Assembly: GCF_031769215.1 (NCBI RefSeq)
Contig: NW_026782246.1
Location: 186,001-250,000 of the forward strand
Source of the DNA: Ylistrum balloti
Lineage: Eukaryota
Length of the DNA stretch: 64,000 bases
Direction of reading: 5' to 3'
Shown: piece by piece, positions 39,601-53,518 of the stretch
Numbering within the stretch: the first letter of the stretch is position 1
How the letters are laid out: every line of letters starts with the position of its first letter
The notes under the pieces: model-generated
Told to the model about the DNA's origin: nothing
What the model saw: the letters and a program-made list of their open reading frames with translations, nothing else
Databases searched by the model: none
Program-made: the position numbers and the translations under genes

Positions 39601-40728
39601 GAATACAAAAATAGCTTACATTATTGATTAATACGATTGTTGCTTCAGGCAGGAAAACTAATTTATTTTCAGATTTCTGTCATTTTACACCTATTTTGTT
39701 TACAAGAAATATATTTCGTTTGATGTTTTCTAAAGCACTAGATTATGCTTAGTGTTTTTCTTTGATAAATCAAAGCTAAAATGTATGTTACATTCAGATT
39801 AAGCTGCTTGCACAGCATCTTGAATTTGAAGTCATTTATCAATACGCAAAATGAATGTTTGTTATAAACATATGACAAAACTTGTCAAGGTCTTTTGTAT
39901 TTTTGATAATTCTCAAGTGTTAGGCTGAATATCTAAATGTAGCCTAAAAATCAAACTTCGTCAAATTTTTTGGGGAAAATGTTTCTTTCCTTATTGTTTA
40001 AACAAACACGTATTTTATCACCATCGAAATTACGCATCATACATATATTTCTGGCAACATAAAACCATTATGTTGAAAAATACCCAAAACTGTTTGACAG
40101 AAAATGTATGTAATGCAAACAAACAAATAACACATTGGTGTTTTAATTAATAGCTGATACAAATTACCTGTGGTGAAGAGATATTCAAAACTATCACTTG
40201 ATTCGTTTCCATAATGTACGACGAACGTAGCTGCATACTCTGTGCTTGGTAGAAGTCCTATCATTTCGATTTCTGTAACGTTCCTTCTCAAGTCGTGAAA
40301 AACACTTGGCTCCTGACCTTTTCTTCCTATTGTAACTCTTAGTCCTGTTCTTGTATAACAATTCTTCTCGAATGCCCAGACTATTTTCACGCTGTCTGTA
40401 GATAGCGTTGGTGTGTGTATATCAATTGGGCGGGAATCTGTATTAAGTTATAAAAAGTCAATATTGCCATCTATAAAAATCTGAATCCATCGTACAACAT
40501 ACGCATTTAACATGTATGTTACATATAACCATATATGTTGAATAAAATAAAATTTGAATACAAAGATGCATCATACATGCCTGTATGTTAAAATTGCTTC
40601 GTGAAATCTTCGTCATCAACATATCATTTAAACATAGATTGTAACTAATGCCTAAGTCGAAGATTGAACTATCTTTATGATGTAGAAACTTTTGTAAACG
40701 GGTTGACTAGATTGGAATAACTACATTT

Positions 40729-40795
<67 letters not shown>

Positions 40796-43700
40796 CTCTC
40801 TCTCTCTCTCTCATATGAAATACAGATTTGAAATATATATTCGCGTACATACAGATATTTGCTACGTGTTGAAAATTGTAGCAACAATAACACGTAAATA
40901 AATGAGATTTCCTGTCCAGGAATCCATTGACTCGCCTCTGTTGATACGGTTGGTTCATTTTGTGGGAGCGGATATTCCGAAAGCAATGAAATGCAACATC
41001 AGTTTCTTGGATGCATTACCTTTTTACCTTAGATCAAGAACTCGCACAGAATTCCTGTGCCTTTTTATCGGAAGATTACGGTTCTTGAAAATAACTTTGG
41101 TTACATGGTGCTATGATCGTTTTAATAGACGTGTGTGAGAATAGCACAAATGGGTTCTATTTATATCGTGTAAGAAATCGTGTTTTTAATACAAAGAATA
41201 AATCCAAAAATCGTTATTACTTTGTCCATCTGAATGACTTCAATGAAAATTAACGAATTATCTCATTTTTATGCAAATGTTGTCATAACTTATGTCTATC
41301 GCTTGGTTTGATAGCTTTAATAGATTTCAAATTAAGTCTTGTAAGATGATCAGATGGACAGTCGATTTTGTCTGGCATAGACAATGGTCATTCTGGTAGT
41401 ATAATTTTGGTATCTCATTTATATCTAATTTAGAGGTTGCATCATTGCGATGGTATCCATATCCCTGTCACCCAAAGTACATATAAACTCAAACGCCTCT
41501 TATGATGTCTGGGGCGACAGTACCATATGTAGGATAACTGTGCAGGGTAGGAAATGAAATTAATACAAGACGAGAAGGTGGCGTGTTTGCAACAGTAATA
41601 TTAACGAATAACACCATAAATGGTGATAAAGAGGCTTCATTTGTAGGGAAATTAGTAATTGGTATTTATAAACGTAATGTAAGGAAAGAATGCAGTTGCA
41701 TTACTGCTGAACTCAAGTTAATTGCAACAACTACAGCGACGACGACAATGAAAAGATCAACAACAATACAAACAACTGCAGCAACAAAGATTAAACTTGA
41801 ACGGTATTGATGGATTTGATGCTGGATACCACTTGTCATGAAGGATTGTACTAAACCCAACAAACATTTTGATATAGACATAGTGGTGAATCATAAAGCT
41901 GATTCGTCTATTCAGAACTCGCAAATTATACTAGGTATCTATATTTGGTAGCATTATATACATGGGACACATTACTGATGTAACCATTGAAATGAAAGCT
42001 GGGTTTGACTGATTAATGTAATTCTGGAGATTATAATTAGGTTATCATTATTATCATACACATGCTTTAATATCAATAATATTTCAGTTTTTATAATCTA
42101 CCTTCAGAAACCTCTTGTGCGATATTGAAAATATATTAATTAGTATTGAAACATGGTAATTTTTACTAATTAAGTGATATGTCACTATCGCAGGTAAAGG
42201 GGCTGAAATTGACTGCATACGACCATTAGCAATATATGATGACAAAGTAAATTGTAAATAGAACAGATATAATGGACAAATTTGATAATATAATGCAGTA
42301 TGCCAGATTTCTACTTACATTGACGTATGCCACTGAGCGTGGTTGCCTTTCCAATCTAGAAATAAGGAAAACAATTTATCATATGAATACAATTCTATCA
42401 GTGTAATAATGCCTCTTACATAGTTTTAATATAACTCACGTGATCATGTGATAAGAGAATCTTGTATTCGTTTCCATTTCATTTCATTAAGCTTTTATTG
42501 AGATTTATGAAGCTAGCGGCGATTTTTTCGTTTAACCACGTCTGTGGCTCAGAAGCACAAATCTCATATAAATTAGAAACCGGCGTGAGATCCGCTAGAT
42601 ACTCATGAAAAAGTGATCCAAATATTTCTCCCAATTTGTGTGTAGAATATGTAAAAAAAAAATCACTCACTACACTATCATACCACACTACGTCGAATGT
42701 TATAGAATATTGAGTGTACTGTACAGGTACGACTGATTTACAATACTGAAATAAAGAATAAAATAAACCGAAGCATTGGGAAGGGGTTTGGCACATAAAA
42801 CCATACTAAAATTAGATAAAAAAAAAACCTGTTGACCATGAATGCAGTAAAAAAAAAGAGAGAGAATTGCAGAGTTATTTCTTTTCTTCGAATCACATGT
42901 AGCGGAATAAAACAGACTGAAATATCACCAATATATTGCAAGATACCAGGGGCAAACCAAATATGTAGCAAAGAAAAACGTGTATAAGAATTTATTTCCA
43001 GCTTCTACAAATGTTCTCATATTGGAAGTAACTCAGTACGGCCAGATAATAAACTAACTTGACCGCACATTAACCTTCGTTCTTCTTTCTAATTCGCCTT
43101 GGATGAGTGTCAATCGATTAAAATCACCATGAAAAGGTTTATGAAAATGTCAGATATTGCTGCGACCGTTGAATAGTATCAAGAAGTTATTTGACGTCAT
43201 GGTTGTGTACAAAGTTACGTCAATGATTAGTCTAAAATCGCCTCCAAGAATTACTAATGGATAAAGTTGCTCTTCTCATTTGGTGCTGAATGTTAAAGGA
43301 CGGCGTAAATTTCAGTAAATTATCAAACATATTTGGAACATGTATAATGGTATGTTAATACGTATAGATATCGTGAAAGACCACAAATAGCGATGATAGA
43401 TGTCGTCGATGAAGCAGTTGACGGGTTCCCTTCTTGAACGCCTAGTCTTGTGCTTTTTTAACTTCTACAAGGGTATATTACATATGCATCTTTTGTTAAT
43501 ATTTACCCTTTTTAAGTTTGAATCGTTAAGACGTCGTTATTATGTCAATACTTTTGTCTTACCTCCATGGTGAAACTGTTAGCGAGTAGTGCATTGTTTA
43601 ACACTCGGACGAGAAGAGTCAAATCGGCCGTCTGAAGTTCAACCTTTGACATCTGAAGAAGGCAGTGGTCTATATATAGATAATGTTTGAACAGATAACA

Positions 43701-46700
43701 CGTGCCATCCGCAACACATCTGCATTCTTTCACGTTATTGTTACATGTTACCTTTAAAAAAAAAGAACATATAAACATTAAAACGTGTATGTGAAAATAT
43801 ATCGTACAAAGTTGAAGACTCGAAATACCTAGCTCAAGTACATATTTTGTAAATATTCATGTGAATATACATGAAGCGACTCAAACTTGATATCATGACA
43901 TATATATTTACCAGAGATCTTTGTGCTGGGTTAAATGTAGGTAACATACGATATATAAAAACAATGTATTGATTTGTCCATGAAAACTTCATTTAAAATG
44001 AAATAAATAGATAGATACTATAACACAAAATATCACACATTATATCATAGCCACTTATATTGTTTGATATACTGACGGAGTTCGTTCGGTTTCCTGCTGT
44101 GAAGCCCGATGCTAGGAGGCGGTTCGTTTGTTTATCTTGAACATCCCACTCTATCCGAAAAATACCACTGGTTTGATCAGTGGCCTCCATGCTTACTCTA
44201 GTCATTAACGCAAAACCGAAAACGTTACCATGGATACCAAGAGACATATCGTGAAAAAAGCATGTAACATAACTTTACGTCGAAAATCCTAACGGCAAAG
44301 AAAATCATCATGACATACGTACAAGGTATGAAATTTCTGTTGTAAATTGATTTGTTTTCAAAAAGCATTGGTTTTATTTTACTTGAGTATTTTTTTATGA
44401 ATCAAATCTTTTGTCCTAGTTTGATAGAATTTGAGTTTAGATTATGATTATGCTGACATGTAGGTATCTTTTTGATTTTCCTTGTTGATATATCAAAATT
44501 GCATATAACATAAATGATAAACTTTGTTAACAACAACTTTAGTTTGTCATTCACAAATGATTACCTTGTACATAGATGGATTTTGGTTATGTAGCATGCT
44601 TTACTAGATATCATTTTTTTTTAAAAAGTCACCGCCCTCACACAATACAAACAATCTCATAAATTAGCTTTAATATCATTATCATACCCATGTTATAAAT
44701 TTATTCGTTAACTGAAGAGACAAAGAAGTTTGCTCAATAATTCATATTTAAAGATATTATGAGTACCTGGTTGAAAAACTTCCAGGGTATATATTTTTAT
44801 GCATAACTTCAGTATTGCCATATGCGGTTGGTGGACTGGTGTCAAAATATACATATGTAGAATCAACTGATGTATGTCCCATAATGTCATATGCTTTTAT
44901 CCATACTTTGTCCAATGAACCGTCTCCTCGACCACTTGTGAACATTTTACTCAGAGATTCGGGGGCGATTTTATCCATTTGTTTCCAGTTTTCAGTATCA
45001 GGTTCATCGTCAATCCTAGACGCAGCCAGCTGACGCACGTAATCGAACCTAATTATGCCTCTAACGTTTGGTATTGGCGAAAGTTGGATTTTACCATCAT
45101 GGTCATCGTAAGTAGGTATGACAGAACTATTGTCTACAAGAATAGGATCTCCGACGATCCGGGATAGAAAATGACCTTTGTCATGTATAGAATTTACAAA
45201 ATGGTCTTTCCATCTGACAGAAACAGCTGTATTGTTTTTCTGCCAATGATAATTCGATTCTTTGGAAGCACTAGAAAAATACAGTTTACTGGTATTGCTT
45301 ATGACTATTTTAGAGGTGTTATCGTAAAGTACAAAGCGTCGTGCGTAATTTCTATTCGAGGCGTTGTCCTCAACCATCAGGAGGATGGCATAAACACCAG
45401 GCTCGGAGGGGAGGTAATCGTAATCTGTTTGTGTTATGTTTGTTGTAATAGATAAACATGAATCAACAGGTTGTCGAAGATTCCCTGTCTGATCCGGCAC
45501 CAATTTGTAAATACGTAAGACGTAGTGGATTATCCCAGATAAATTGTCTTCCCATCCTCTCCATTCGATATGAATCCGTCCCTAGAAAAAAGTCATTATC
45601 GTTACTTATATATTTTTCTTTTTAATAAAGTCAAATCATGATAATAGTCAAAACAAGCAATTACATATATATATAAAAATCAAGGCCAAACTTTTTAAAA
45701 TTTTGCACGATTAACACAAAGTTTGAAAAAAACTAAATCGTATTAGTGGAGCGTAAATCATCATGAATATTAAAAATCATTATGGGAATTTTACCTGCCT
45801 ATAAAGTGTAAGTAATATGTATGTCTAAAACATTTCCACTACCTTTGAAATTTCTGGTGAAACAATAAGTGGATGACATGAATTATCCCTCTCTACACAA
45901 TGCTGTGGTGGTTGGAAATCAAACCCGATGTTCATGGTTTTGGAAAACTGATCTGAGCGATTCCTTCTGTCATTGAGACTGCTATAGCTATAGTAAGACC
46001 TGATTTGAAAGCTCAGTCTGAAATATGCAAAAAAAAAAAAAAAAGGAAAAACAATGTTTGAACTTTTCATTCTAGTTCTCGACATGTTGTTTAAAGTATA
46101 TACAGTTATCATAGTAAAATGAAGTGAAATGTATGATATCTTCTTCAGTACATTAACATTTTCAACTTTATGATATTCAAGTGCAAGCAAAAACACTATT
46201 TATTGTCCCAGTCCAACTTTTATAGCTAAATGTGTAAATTAAATCCTGAACCGTATATTAGGACAGTTTCATCGCACTATTTTATCATCATTTTTGCAGT
46301 GATGACAATTTCTTTCTAATCAATAGATACATTGAAATAATAGTTGACTGTAGATATTGTAAAAAACGTTTTTTATCACCATGGAACCTGCTTACATATC
46401 ACCATGATCAATGAAACGGTCGAATGTTGAAAGAGAACAAACAGTTTCTTCAATGGTACTGTTCTCAACACAACGAAGATTGATGTCTGTCAGTGAATCG
46501 GTTCTTGCAAAACTACCTGTGAAATATTTGTAAGGAAAGGATTCTTTGTATTTGAAAGTTATGAATGTATGTTTCTAAAATCCTGTGGTGGATAGGGGAT
46601 GGTAACTATTAACGGAACATGATAAAACATTTTATCGATGTATAATAACAATAATGAATGTATACTCTTTAACTCAAAAGTATTTTGCCAGGATGATATC

Positions 46701-49700
46701 GTCGTTGTATAAATAAATTTAACGTCACAAGTCGTTTACAAACATTATTGACAACAAAACGAACAGGGCTGACAGAGATATACAGAGCCCTCCATCTTTT
46801 TTCGTCTTTTAAGGGATTCGTGGTTTATATTGTATGCAAGCTTCTATATAAAAAATGTTAGCAGTATTTTTTTTTACCTTTAACCTTTTTCTATGACCAC
46901 CAAAATATAATATGTTGTAGAACATGATAATGTGATGTTATGATATGAACATGAATAAAATAAGTCAATGGGTTCATGCATGCATGGACGCAGAAGCAAA
47001 TTGAGTACCATAAATATACTTTATAACTTACTATTTGCTTTCCGAAAAGACATTGATGTTCTTGTTTGTCCTGTCCTGTAAAAGACATGGAAGTATTTCA
47101 TTATCTGTGGAAAATGTTGTTCTGCGATTGTTACCGAGAAGCGATTGAATCCGTTCCTGTTGGACCAGGCGTGATTCTTGTTTATTTTGATTTTCAAAAG
47201 GGTCTTGTTATTTGCCCTGTTGATTTGTTCCAGTACTGCGATAGGCATTATCTCTCCTAATTCGGAGTTGTTCGGGACTGTGGAAAAACATAAATCATGA
47301 TATGTATTTGAATTGTGTCGATTCATAAAATGAACTCGTGTATAGTTTGAAAGAAGTATCTCTTAAACATATATCTAATTGCAATATGTATTTACTTCAT
47401 ATTTAACACATTAATGATAGATAAGTTCATCAAGGTAAGTAAACCGTTAGTTTTTATTACACAACTAACTTGCTTTTTTATGTGAAATAACTACGTCATA
47501 TGACATTGTCCTTACACCGGATTAAGTATCACACAGGCCAAGGTAGCCTCAATCACTAACATTGCCCGATTACAAACAAACATTTTCCACCCCAAAAACT
47601 TCATCAACGTTATTTAAATGGAAGGCTAACCAATACTTACCACATGTCGGCATACCTGAGGAAAAATAGCGACTAAATCCAGGAGTACAGATACAGGTTA
47701 TGTGATTGGCATTACTGAGTTCACAGAAATCTACAATCATAAAAGTTACTGGCTATATATTTACATTAAATCATCCAGTTAAGGTAAAGGTTGTCTATGT
47801 TAAATCGTTGCGTTTTACCAAACGTATAGTGTATTTTTTGCGGAAGTAATGGGATGTTCACGTCATTAATTTCATTTTAATGGTGTCTTACGGTTTTATT
47901 ATCTCCATTAAATTAAAATGGGAAATAAAGGAAATGAAAAAATCAGAACACAACAACCCAACACAAGTTTGCAATGAGAAGTTCTATTGAAGGAACACTA
48001 TCTCTGGTTTAAGTAACCGACGTTTGATATGAAAGCTTAATGGAACGTTATGAAGCCTCAGGTTCAAATGTTGAACAAAATACATACAAACAATTAGCAC
48101 CTTTCTCAACAGATATAGAATCAGTAAAAATCATAGTTAAATGATTAATTAAACCGCATTACATAGCTTTTTGTCATTTTATGACCTGCTAGTGATGTTA
48201 AGTGCTTTCATTGTTGAGGCAAAAGAAGCAAATCAAATTGTGTTGCAATAGATGCAAAATCCAGATTAGGAGTTTTAAAATGTAACAATTAATTGCTTTG
48301 TATAAAGTTCGAGTATTGAAGTATTAATTTCAACAGAAAAGACTTTCCTTAACAGTATTGTCGGTATGAACGTTTTGTTAATGATATGCACATTATGATT
48401 TTCTTTTTCATTTCAACCAAATGTTTTATCCTTATGACATAAACGGATTTTGGAATCACGCAGTCAGAATAGTATATAGTGTGAAAGTTGTGTTCTTATA
48501 TATACATATTCTTATACATAAAGTCCAAATACCTTGTTTTTGAATTGTAGAAGCATAAATATTTATAAGAAACTTATAAAGTACCAACCAAATAGCATAT
48601 ATTGAAAATTTTTCAGGCTTATATTAATTCAGAATCTTTTAATTTGAAGATTATATGTGGTTTTCTATACTTACTGGCACATGATCCGTTGGTTAAACAA
48701 TATGTATGTGATGGACAAGGATCGCAGGCATCTGATTTTTAAAATTGTCATATTATTAACTTATCTTAGTTCAAAGCAAAGTAAATGAACAAACATTTCG
48801 ATTATTGTCTATACACGAAAAAATGGATATTGACTTCCGAAAATAAAAAGTGTATTTTCGGTATGAAGAACTGTGGAAATATATAGTAGTAACCAACATT
48901 CTGTCACGACATGATACTACTTGTTGTTAACTGGTTGATAATCGTTGGTTACATCCGTATTTCTTAGTCATAAATACAAGATATATAAGCATCTGATCCA
49001 AGGAATCAAAATGATTCAGATTATTAGGATTCGTGTTGAGTTTAGAATGTAATTCATTACGTATACTGCAGCTTCCATTACTGTCCTCTATATATCCTTC
49101 AGCACATCTTGTTACCTCTTCAAACCGTCGTACTGGTAAAACCTCAGATCGACAACAACTAAAGGATAGAAATATAAAAACAAGACAACATCATCAAAGG
49201 TAGAGGAAATGAAATATATCAAAAAAGAAAAGAGAAAAGGATAAACATTTTGGTTGTTGGGTTGGTTGGTTGAAGGAAGGATGGAAGGAAGGATGGAAGG
49301 AAGAAAGCCAACTAAGAAAGCAACCAACTAACAGAGTAAACAAACAAACAAAACGAATAGTAAGGACATTCTTTTACAGAAACTTACTAAACTGTAGACA
49401 CTTAGAAACACTTGTCCAAAAACGTCCCTAAGAATGCTGCAAATTTTTGGGAAGAATCAGAATAATTATTTTTACAATCGCCGTTTCGTAGTTTTGTCTG
49501 ACATCTAGCGTCTTTATAAAACTAACCCAAAAGTTGAACAAATTTTTAACCAACGGACGAACGGACATACGCAAAAGTTATCCCATAATACATTTATCGA
49601 AATTTGGGAATCGCATGACAATCATGTAGCTCACATATGATATTCTATATTTTTTCATTTAAGTTCGAATAAGTTGGGTTAACCTCGGAAGACGTCGCGA

Positions 49701-50815
49701 AGAAACAAAGCATAGTGATTGCCAATAATATGGTTAAAAAATGAATAGTTTACGCGACAAGCGTTTGTGGACAAGAATTCACTCACGCCAGTTGCTGTCT
49801 GGTGGTGTCACACATTACACTCCATTCCACACACTGAGATGAATCTTCTATTATCTCCTTCCACGCTGTTTCAGTGTACCTAAACAAATTTCGGTCAGAA
49901 TAAGCCTGATTATGAAAGTGTTGCAATTTACATCAACATTCAAAATACATTTTAATAGCTTTCGCGGACCAAAACATTCTTCGTTTGATATATATATTTG
50001 TATTAATCTTAATTCATATTCAATGAAATTTGAATTGTGAACAAATGAAAGATTTTCACCGAGCCCCTGAAAAGGTACAGAAATAAGACCAAAAGGGTAA
50101 GCGTTTTCGTCTTCACCGCCAACACCCTGCATGACAAATTTGGTCTATCCAAGTAATTGACATTCCCAAAAGAGAACAGTGTCTACAACAACAGAACCAC
50201 TGGGCGAATACTAATTTTAAAATCCTTATTCAACATCACTAGTGTGAGTAAAGAGCTCATTTTGTCGACATTAACACTTATTCGGTTTAAGATAACGAAG
50301 ATGCTAAATCATTAATCTTAAGTTCAATATCTATTGTACAACACAATATTTTGTCCAGTACTGTAAAAGCGTATATTTTCGTTGAGCTCCAAGTTCGTGG
50401 TTTTACAAAACTTGCATTATATTTGGCACGTGTTTTCGTGGATAAATCTTGCTCACCAAATCTACTAGTACCTTTATCCATGTCATGGTTTTTTCAATTT
50501 ATCGCTTAATGGACATATACATTCGTATTCATCAATTCCACGAAAATAAATTCCCCATGAAAATCATTGACTATGTGATAAATATAGAATATTTGCTTTC
50601 TTCTATAATCAAGAAGTGTTCAACCTCCTCTACATGTTGTCGTTTTATATGTAGCTTACAAATTGATATTTCTTAAATCAGAAATAATCTATACATTTCG
50701 TCGTCATTTTTTTTATAGATATAGTAGAAACGAATCATTACCCTGTCGAGGCACTAGCTCCAGAAAAGAAGATTAGTATGACGGTAACCACAAGGTGAAT
50801 TCCTCTGCTGCTCAT
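33602..50815 (-). CDS. Single-pass receptor tyrosine (pseudo)kinase with large Cys-rich/EGF-like, beta-sandwich and FN3 ectodomain; 23 exons, about 1234 aa (short form of exon 13)
   Basis: Exons 5' to 3': 50815-50742 (signal peptide MSSRGIHLVVTVILIFFSGASAS), 50182-50117, 49879-49787, 49158-49061, 48731-48675, 47730-47641 (EGF-like), 47277-47032, 46516-46396, 46017-45843, 45581-44767, 44197-44077, 43751-43563, 42745-42671 (or to 42440), 42355-42319, 40437-40168 (FN3), 39546-39502 and 39171-38990 (TM YVVVIVILSLAASALLIGLFLIL-RKRR), 38572-38326, 37073-36957, 36770-36625, 35920-35731, 34300-34207, 33758-33602. Phases are consistent throughout. Kinase motifs LVMEY, GIASGMEYL, KWQSPE, KSDVWSYGVVIWE, DPISRPTF. 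Confidence 0.8.
38101..38137 (+). ncRNA. Hammerhead ribozyme motif, copy 3 (core C3 mutated, stem II partly deleted)
   Basis: ATCA-GTGAGGA-ATCCTATAAC-GAAA-CAGCTG-TA-TGAT(GCAGTTTC). It lies in a receptor-gene intron on the antisense strand. Confidence 0.5.
40733..40812 (+). repeat. (CT)n microsatellite with one TATA interruption
   Basis: Read directly from the sequence. Confidence 0.97.
49253..49305 (+). repeat. (GTTG)n/(GGAA)n simple repeat
   Basis: GTTGTTGGGTTGGTTGGTTGAAGGAAGGATGGAAGGAAGGATGGAAGGAAG. Confidence 0.85.
50358..50580. mobile_element. MITE-like remnant (TACTGT-type left end; TTTTCGTGG/CCACGAAAA inverted subterminal motifs)
   Basis: TACTGTAAAAGCGTATATTTTCGTTG...GTTCGTGG on the left; CCACGAAAATAAATTCCCCATGAAAAT on the right. 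Confidence 0.45.
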
Positions 50816-53518
50816 GATGTTGCCAGCTAGACACAGTTCATATGGATGGGCTGTACACCTTCCTCTTTGATAAAAATTATTATTTTTCTCTTCCGAGAAC
50901 AGGTATTTTTATCTGAAAGGACATGATGTGTCATGTTATTATTTAATATACTTAACCAGCCTTGCTATCTTCAGATACACGAGTGCAATTTATTGTGATA
51001 AGATGGCGTCATTCTATATTATGTAATACTCTTTATGACCGATTAGAAATATATGTGTTTATTAACTTGTCCATACGTCTGTAAATCTAGTAGTGTAAAT
51101 GATAAAGGTATATCACATCTGTATATTTGTACTTCGATAGTAGTTGGTTTTTTTTCTCATTAGACTGTACAAATAACTGTTATCTGTTATACGGTACGAA
51201 TATCGATATCATCATATTTAAATCCGTTTTTTCTTCCAGAAAGAAATATTTACATGACAAGGAAGTTAACAAATAATAGCATGGAAAAGGGAAAAAAGTT
51301 CATCGAGTGCAAATTTAGAGAACCAACATATTATATTCTTATTAAGATGTAATTTTGTTTGAGGGTCACTGGTGTACTCACAAGAGGAGCAATGATACAT
51401 AATGGCGTCAACGAAAGGCTGAGAGCATAGAGAACACCTGTTACAGGCAGGATATTGTACACAACGAATATGTTAACAGTATGTATGGTTTACAGGGGAG
51501 TCGAGTTTTCGATCATCTTTAATGCAGATTTTTTCACTTTGAATTTTCATTGACGTTAAGGGAAATTGTAAATATCAATCCATTCAAAATTGTGAAGCAC
51601 ATTCACAACATGTGGGATGTACGCTCTGGAAACTTTTCCAGATTCCATTCGCCTTTACAGAAATTAATATATTCATACAGTGAATATTTTTCGAAACTCA
51701 AAAGGTTTAACTCAATCAAACAGGCGTTTGCAAATAAAGTAACTTTCATTTCCGCAAAGAATATTTCTCAATGAATGACGACCATAACACTTTTTTTTAT
51801 GATAACCAGTGTTATGAGTTTGTCTGTCAGTCGACGATATCTTGTACGGAAATCGTTTAATCGGGAACCGGCTCGCGAATATCGAATCAATTGTGACATG
51901 CAAACACTATAGATTGGGTAGTAGGACTGTTGCTATCAAGGAATGGAAAATTCACTATAAGGAAATTGAAATCATCACGCTAATCATACAGCTTGCTAGA
52001 TATAACAGCTCTCAGAAGAACTAAACAACAGATGCCGAATTTTTCAGTTTCAAACATTTCGGCTGAATTAGGATATAAATCCAGACCAAGGCTATTTGAC
52101 ATTCAGAGTTATGAATTAAATCAAAACAAGTCATTCATCTGATATTGCTGAAGTATGGTACTCTAAGGATTCATTTCGGAATCAATCCAGATTTCGTGTC
52201 GTCTCATTGATGTCATTCACCAAACAGGAGACGCTTATCTTCCTGGAACATATGGTCCTTTTTAATTTTTCTTTGGTTTCTGTGACTTTTGAAACGTCTT
52301 GTTTCGCATTCGTTTCATTGTTTCTGAGGTAGAATATCTATTTTGCTATTGATGTCGGTATAACATTGTTATTATTGATTCTGAATGCTTATGAAAGTAG
52401 TTTTCTAGACAATTTTTATAATTCGTTTTCCGAGTCTTTGTAAAAGGAAAGACTGACGCAGTACATTGAAAAACGTTAAGAAGCGCTTCAAGATGAAAAA
52501 GCTTTTGTGTGAACGAAATCTCCATTCTGAATGTCTATATTCATTAATATAAAAGATGAATTAATAAAAAAGAAAGACAAAAGTCAGAAAATTTCCAATC
52601 ACTTATAAAACCAGATGATAAGCGGTTGAACAAGTTGAAGTAATCAGTCCATGTGCTCAGTGTTACAAATATATATATCTAATGTTAAGTTAGGACTTCA
52701 AACACATCCCTATCAATAGTAATGTGTCAATATGGAGGACAGGTTGTGTTCCGTTTGTAAACGTGATAAGAGAGATGACAACATGATATCATTATCAGTT
52801 CGTGTGTGAATTTTTCGAAGCATAAGATATTTTATCAAACTATTGTACGACATAGGCTAATATAGCGACCTTTAAACGGTTATTTTTGTATGTGATGTTG
52901 ATATTCAATATAGGTTGAGCGTTTCCTGTTACCATACAGAAGCGATCTTCTGGACGATATAGTGTCTTCATCACTTTTTACATGCTGCTTCGCAAACAAC
53001 AAGTAAGGAGGGCAGACTATGTCCCCACTATCGAGATTCTGATACATATTGGAGATAACACATAGTATTCCACACACTTGATAGTATTGAAAGATATTGC
53101 TGCAAAAAACTACTCGAATGATATTGATCGACAAAAAGGGTTTAAGCATTTATTTACATTTAAACTAAACTTTATAGAGTCTGATTTTGTTAACGTAAAT
53201 ATGCATTTTTATATACAATGTTATTGTGAATTAGGTGGCATATTTTAAACTTGAATTAAAGTTTTGGTACTGCTCATAACATAGCTTGAAATTACGGAGT
53301 GCGTTCACAGTATAAGAAAACATATGATTTTTTTTTTTAAAAGTTGTTTATTTCATCCGTAACAGTTTTTTCATCTTTGTGATAATGTTCATTTGATTTT
53401 TAATTATGTCCACGTTGAGCGTCTGTCCGGATCTACATAATGTGAAATAAAATGATTCATACATTTAGAAATAAAATCAGGTTGCAAAACCTAAAAATAT
53501 TAAGATTAGATACAGAGC

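Noticed and set aside
40675-40986. ORFs with ERERER repeats
   Set aside because: Artefacts of the (CT)n microsatellite.
42479-42481. Selenocysteine recoding of the in-frame TGA in the receptor
   Set aside because: Hairpins in the 3'UTR lack the SECIS AUGA/GA quartet and apical AA, and an upstream donor bypasses the stop.
50117-50210. Apparent frameshifted, stop-containing 94-nt exon suggesting receptor pseudogenisation
   Set aside because: A better acceptor (GTTCTGTTGTTGTAG, ending at 50183) gives an in-frame 66-nt exon.
52880-53149. 89-aa minus ORF between the C1q and receptor genes
   Set aside because: No recognisable motif and not needed for either gene model; at most a UTR exon.
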